Origin: Verrucomicrobiota bacterium
GTDB lineage: Bacteria; Verrucomicrobiota; Verrucomicrobiia; Chthoniobacterales; UBA10450
DNA length: 57,252 nt
Direction of reading: 5' to 3'
Assembly (NCBI GenBank): GCA_046734635.1
Contig: JBKPRQ010000155.1
Span: 1 to 57,252 of the forward strand
Positions 54,145 to 57,252 of this stretch are shown in pieces (within the stretch, counting starts at the first letter, position 1; the number at the start of each line of letters is the position of its first letter). Position numbers and translations under genes: made by a program. The notes below the pieces were generated by a model. It saw nothing but the letters and a program-made list of their open reading frames with translations, searched no databases and had not been told where the DNA came from.

Positions 54145-55245
54145 TCAGATCGACAGCAAAAAGTCGGCGATATCGAGCGCGGCGCGCGGCCGGCTGAGCT
54201 TGCTGATATTCGCAGACCATTCGCGCCATTGTTTTGCGTCGTCGGCAAACGCGCGCTGAATCTGCGCGATGACTTCTCGTGGCGATTTTGCGATCACACC
54301 CGAATTCGTCTCAACGATCAACCGGGCGTTCCCTTCCTCCTGACCGGCGACGACGTAATTGATAATCATCGGACAACCGGCAGCGACCGTTTCCTGTACT
54401 GTTGCCCCTCCGGCTTTCCCGATGAGCAAATGGCTCTCGTGAAGCATGCGCGGAAGGTCGTCGGTCCAGCCAACGACTTTTGCCTTATCTCCCACCGCCG
54501 CTTTGATCTCCGGCATCAGTCTGTCCGCACGGCCGATGGTCACGGTGAGGTCCACACCCAAGTCCGCGAGTCGCTGTGCCAGTTCCGGCGCGCCGCGGGT
54601 GGCCGCATGGATCATATACAAAACGCGACGCTCAGAGTTGATTGACGGCAGCACGCAGTTCGACCTCGCGGAGTCGGTAAATTTTGGACTTACAGGAAAG
54701 CCAAAGATCTTGATTTTTTCCGGGGCGACTCCGACCGCTTGCAAAACGGCGGCACTCTGCTCGTTTGCGACAAGAAAATAGTCGGCGTCACACCGATACC
54801 AGACTGAGTTGATCGTAATCGAATCGGTGATTACAACGGCAATTTTGCAAGACGGAAAGCCTGCGGCGTTTCGGGCCTGAATTCGCCTGAGTACATTCGG
54901 ATAGGCGGGAAACGTGCAGGCCATCACGTCTGGTTGAAAACGCTCAAGTAATGCGGCGAAATGATCTTCCAGTTGCGAGAAACGCGCGAATTCAGTGTCG
55001 AAATCTTTTTTCCGTTCGAGCCAGCGATAAACGGCTCCCCACGCCCCAGGCGCATGATTAACGAGCGCCAGGTAGCTTTTTCGCACCAGCTCATTGACCG
55101 GCCCGTAGGCTTCGGCAAATAAATCGCGCAATTCTACATCGGTCCCTTCTGGGGCAATGCGGGCGAGACCATCGCGAATTCCGCGTGCAGCGCTGTTGTG
55201 ACCTTCTCCGAAACTCGCCGTGAGGATCAATATTCGTTTTTTCAC
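54145..55245 (-). CDS. MGDG-synthase-family glycosyltransferase (diacylglycerol glycosyltransferase-like, GT28)
   Basis: MKKRILILTASFGEGHNSAARGI N-terminus and C-terminal ...LIGKAGGATVQETVAAGCPMII.... Confidence 0.8.
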   Translation of the reverse strand: MKKRILILTASFGEGHNSAARGIRDGLARIAPEGTDVELRDLFAEAYGPVNELVRKSYLALVNHAPGAWGAVYRWLERKKDFDTEFARFSQLEDHFAALLERFQPDVMACTFPAYPNVLRRIQARNAAGFPSCKIAVVITDSITINSVWYRCDADYFLVANEQSAAVLQAVGVAPEKIKIFGFPVSPKFTDSARSNCVLPSINSERRVLYMIHAATRGAPELAQRLADLGVDLTVTIGRADRLMPEIKAAVGDKAKVVGWTDDLPRMLHESHLLIGKAGGATVQETVAAGCPMIINYVVAGQEEGNARLIVETNSGVIAKSPREVIAQIQRAFADDAKQWREWSANISKLSRPRAALDIADFLLSI

Positions 55246-55370
55246 AGTTGATCAGGCCATCGTAACGTCCATTGGGAAACTCGTCTCAGGAGGCAGCGAA
55301 GACAGAGGCTTACCGAAGCATTCGGAGTTTAATGGATATTTATATCCGGCAAAGTAAACTCTCCTTGCAG

Positions 55371-56261
55371 ATGAAATATCTCGGATTTCTCTGGCGCGTT
55401 TTGCGGCGGCTGGTTTGGGAAACGGCAACCGATACCACGACCGGGTTGGCCGCGCAGATGGCATACCTGCTTCTTTTTGCGCTGGCTCCCGGATCGCTGT
55501 TTCTGTGGCATCTGCTGGGGTTGTTCGGCACCGATCCGACAAAGTTGCATCGGATGTTTCTTCTCTTGAAAAGCTTCATGCCGCCGGACCCGAAAGTGCA
55601 GGACATTCTGGATTCTACGATGGCGAATGTGGTTGTGACAGGCTCGAGCGGCTTGCTGGCGAACGCCGGCATCATTCTCGGAATTTATTTCGGGACCGTC
55701 TTCGTTGCTACGATCTCGCGCGCGCTCAGCCATACATACGGAATGCGGGAAGATCCCCATTGGTGGTCGAAGTATATCATCTCATTTTTCATGCTGTTTT
55801 GGTTTGGGATCATCATCGTGTTCTGCTTCAACGCGATCGTCTTTGGCGAACGGCTTGCCGGTCTTGCAGAAGTCAATTTTCAGCTGGCCTTTCCACTCCA
55901 AGCATGGATTACGACGCTCAACTTGCCGTTTACATTTGTGGCGCTGGTCCTTCTCGCGCTGGGGCTTTATCTCCTGACGCCGGAAAATTATTTGACCGTC
56001 CGCCAGGCTTTACCCGGCGCGATTTTCTTTTCGGTAGGCTGGATCATCGCGACGAAGCTCTTTCAGCTCTATGTCGCGCGGTATGATCGCTACAACCCCA
56101 CCTATCTCGCGCTCGCGTCCATCGTGGTATTGCTCACGTGGATGTATCTGACCTGTCTCTTGCTATTGCTGGGCGGAAAGTTAAACGCCATTCTTCGGCG
56201 TGAAGGCGAAAAAATGCGCGCGCCTGTACCGCCTGCGCCTGAGCCCGCGGCGGCAAGTTAA
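55371..56261 (+). CDS. YihY/BrkB (RNase BN-like) family membrane protein
   Basis: ...GLAAQMAYLLLFALAP... and six TM segments. The alternative starts at 55272 and 55332 seem less likely. Confidence 0.8.
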   Translation: MKYLGFLWRVLRRLVWETATDTTTGLAAQMAYLLLFALAPGSLFLWHLLGLFGTDPTKLHRMFLLLKSFMPPDPKVQDILDSTMANVVVTGSSGLLANAGIILGIYFGTVFVATISRALSHTYGMREDPHWWSKYIISFFMLFWFGIIIVFCFNAIVFGERLAGLAEVNFQLAFPLQAWITTLNLPFTFVALVLLALGLYLLTPENYLTVRQALPGAIFFSVGWIIATKLFQLYVARYDRYNPTYLALASIVVLLTWMYLTCLLLLLGGKLNAILRREGEKMRAPVPPAPEPAAAS

Positions 56262-56314
56262 CTTTTTTTAACGATTCCGTTGATCACGTCGCGCGCTCTG
56301 TTACGCTCCGCGCA

Positions 56315-57252
56315 GTGGTGCGCTTTCGCATTTGGCTCACACCTGCGCTCGTTTCTGGCGTAATCATTGGAAGTCTCCTCTGCGCGCAGGTCGATGACGA
56401 AGAAAAAAAACGGAGCGACGAATCCGAGCAAATCGAGACCCACTCTTCGCCGTCCCCTAAACCAAAAAAATCTCCAAGTCCGGTAGCAAAAACATCGAAG
56501 AGCAAATCGGGAAAAAAACATCAAGGGTCTGCAACTCCGGAAAAAGCGCCAACCGCGATTCCCCACGCAAAATTGGCAAACGAAGAGCCGGAAAAGAAAG
56601 CAGACTCTTCCGCGAAGAAAAAAAAATCGTCGACCAGCGACGATAACGCGGATGCAGGGGAATCCCCGCGTCCTCGCAAAGCTACGCTGGCGAAAAAGTC
56701 TGACGACGAAGAAGAAGCGACGGCAAAGCCGACACCACGTGAGACACCCGAGGGGAGCGCGTCAGCAAAATCAAAACGGCGCCACACGCCCACACCCAAA
56801 CCGAAATCAAAGAAATCCAAGGAGGTTTCGCGCAAAACAAAGAAGACAACCAAATCGGCGCGAAAAGAAGAGGAAACACCAAAGCCGGAAAAGACGCCGC
56901 CGGCCCTAACCGAACAGCCCGCTGCGGCGTCAGAACGGCCGACGCCAGTACCGAAAGCGGTCGGAGCCGCGGTGCCGACACCAGCGGCGTCGGTCGAACA
57001 AAAAACTCAGCGTGCTACAGGCGGCGACCGTGCGCAGGTTGTGATCGAAAAGTCCGGTCTCGAAGAGGACCAGGGTTTTGAGCCTCCGCCGTCACCTCCG
57101 CCGAAACGAGGGTTCTGGCCGTGGTCTCGCAGTTCGGGCAACTACCGTTATTTGACGAGATCCGTCATTGACGCAATCCGACGCGCGCCAGTGAAGCGGC
57201 GTCGCTGGCAATTCATTGTAGTGCACAATAGCGGCACGCGGCAGGGAAATGC
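56315..57252 (+). CDS. Membrane-anchored Lys/Pro/Ser/Glu-rich protein with C-terminal Amidase_2-like domain (partial, runs off window end)
   Basis: Not in the ORF track (no stop). The frame from GTG 56315/56318 is open to 57252. It reads VRFRIWLTPALVSGVIIGSLLCAQ (anchor), about 240 aa of KKS/PKP/EE-rich low complexity, then ...RRWQFIVVHNSGTRQGN, resembling the start of an N-acetylmuramoyl-L-alanine amidase (PGRP/AmpD-type) domain. Confidence 0.55.
   Translation, partial: MVRFRIWLTPALVSGVIIGSLLCAQVDDEEKKRSDESEQIETHSSPSPKPKKSPSPVAKTSKSKSGKKHQGSATPEKAPTAIPHAKLANEEPEKKADSSAKKKKSSTSDDNADAGESPRPRKATLAKKSDDEEEATAKPTPRETPEGSASAKSKRRHTPTPKPKSKKSKEVSRKTKKTTKSARKEEETPKPEKTPPALTEQPAAASERPTPVPKAVGAAVPTPAASVEQKTQRATGGDRAQVVIEKSGLEEDQGFEPPPSPPPKRGFWPWSRSSGNYRYLTRSVIDAIRRAPVKRRRWQFIVVHNSGTRQGN

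Noticed and set aside
56521-56981. Two overlapping minus-strand ORFs (110 aa and 99 aa).
   Set aside because: They run antisense to the long open plus-strand frame that continues into an amidase-like domain. Low-complexity DNA keeps several frames open.
1-57252. Looked for CRISPR arrays, cas genes, transposases, integrases, phage genes, toxin-antitoxin pairs and known defence systems.
   Set aside because: I found no regularly spaced direct repeats and no ORF with recognisable motifs of these classes. The only repeats are short palindromic or heptamer elements, which are reported separately.

Overview
This is a chromosomal, housekeeping-dominated 57-kb window with about 65 protein genes and one tRNA-Thr(CGT). 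I found no rRNA, CRISPR array, transposase, integrase or prophage genes. Recognisable blocks are thiD-rnc, purD, pyrR-pyrB-pyrC downstream of an Mrp/ApbC gene, nfeD plus an SPFH (stomatin-like) gene, a UDG / Fpg glycosylase pair, a two-gene IcmF-like B12 mutase, sodC, a futalosine-pathway radical-SAM gene, bamA-skp, folB, tatC, a prepilin peptidase and nagA. Gene content and the repeat families suggest a Verrucomicrobiota/PVC-type genome, but that is inference only. The most interesting locus is at 44.5-46.3 kb on the minus strand. It holds an actinobacterial-type 20S proteasome pair (prcB with Thr1/Asp17/Lys33, prcA). A hidden 58-codon ORF ending ...RYRQRTGQ precedes it and is translationally coupled to it, fitting a Pup/UBact-like modifier. 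No Dop/PafA/Mpa gene lies nearby. Second, a family of roughly 65-75-nt double-hairpin palindromic elements bounded by CTGTAG...CTACAG is scattered through the window. One copy sits in-frame inside a uracil-DNA-glycosylase-family gene, and other copies supply the start and stop codons of thiD and the stop codon of pyrC. Other oddities are an S41 peptidase homologue lacking both catalytic residues, an IcmF split into two coupled ORFs, and a prepilin peptidase with a roughly 100-aa insertion. There are also tandem sulfotransferase paralogues, two further short-repeat types, and partial CDSs at both window edges that the ORF track omits. All product calls come from reading motifs by eye; no database search was run.
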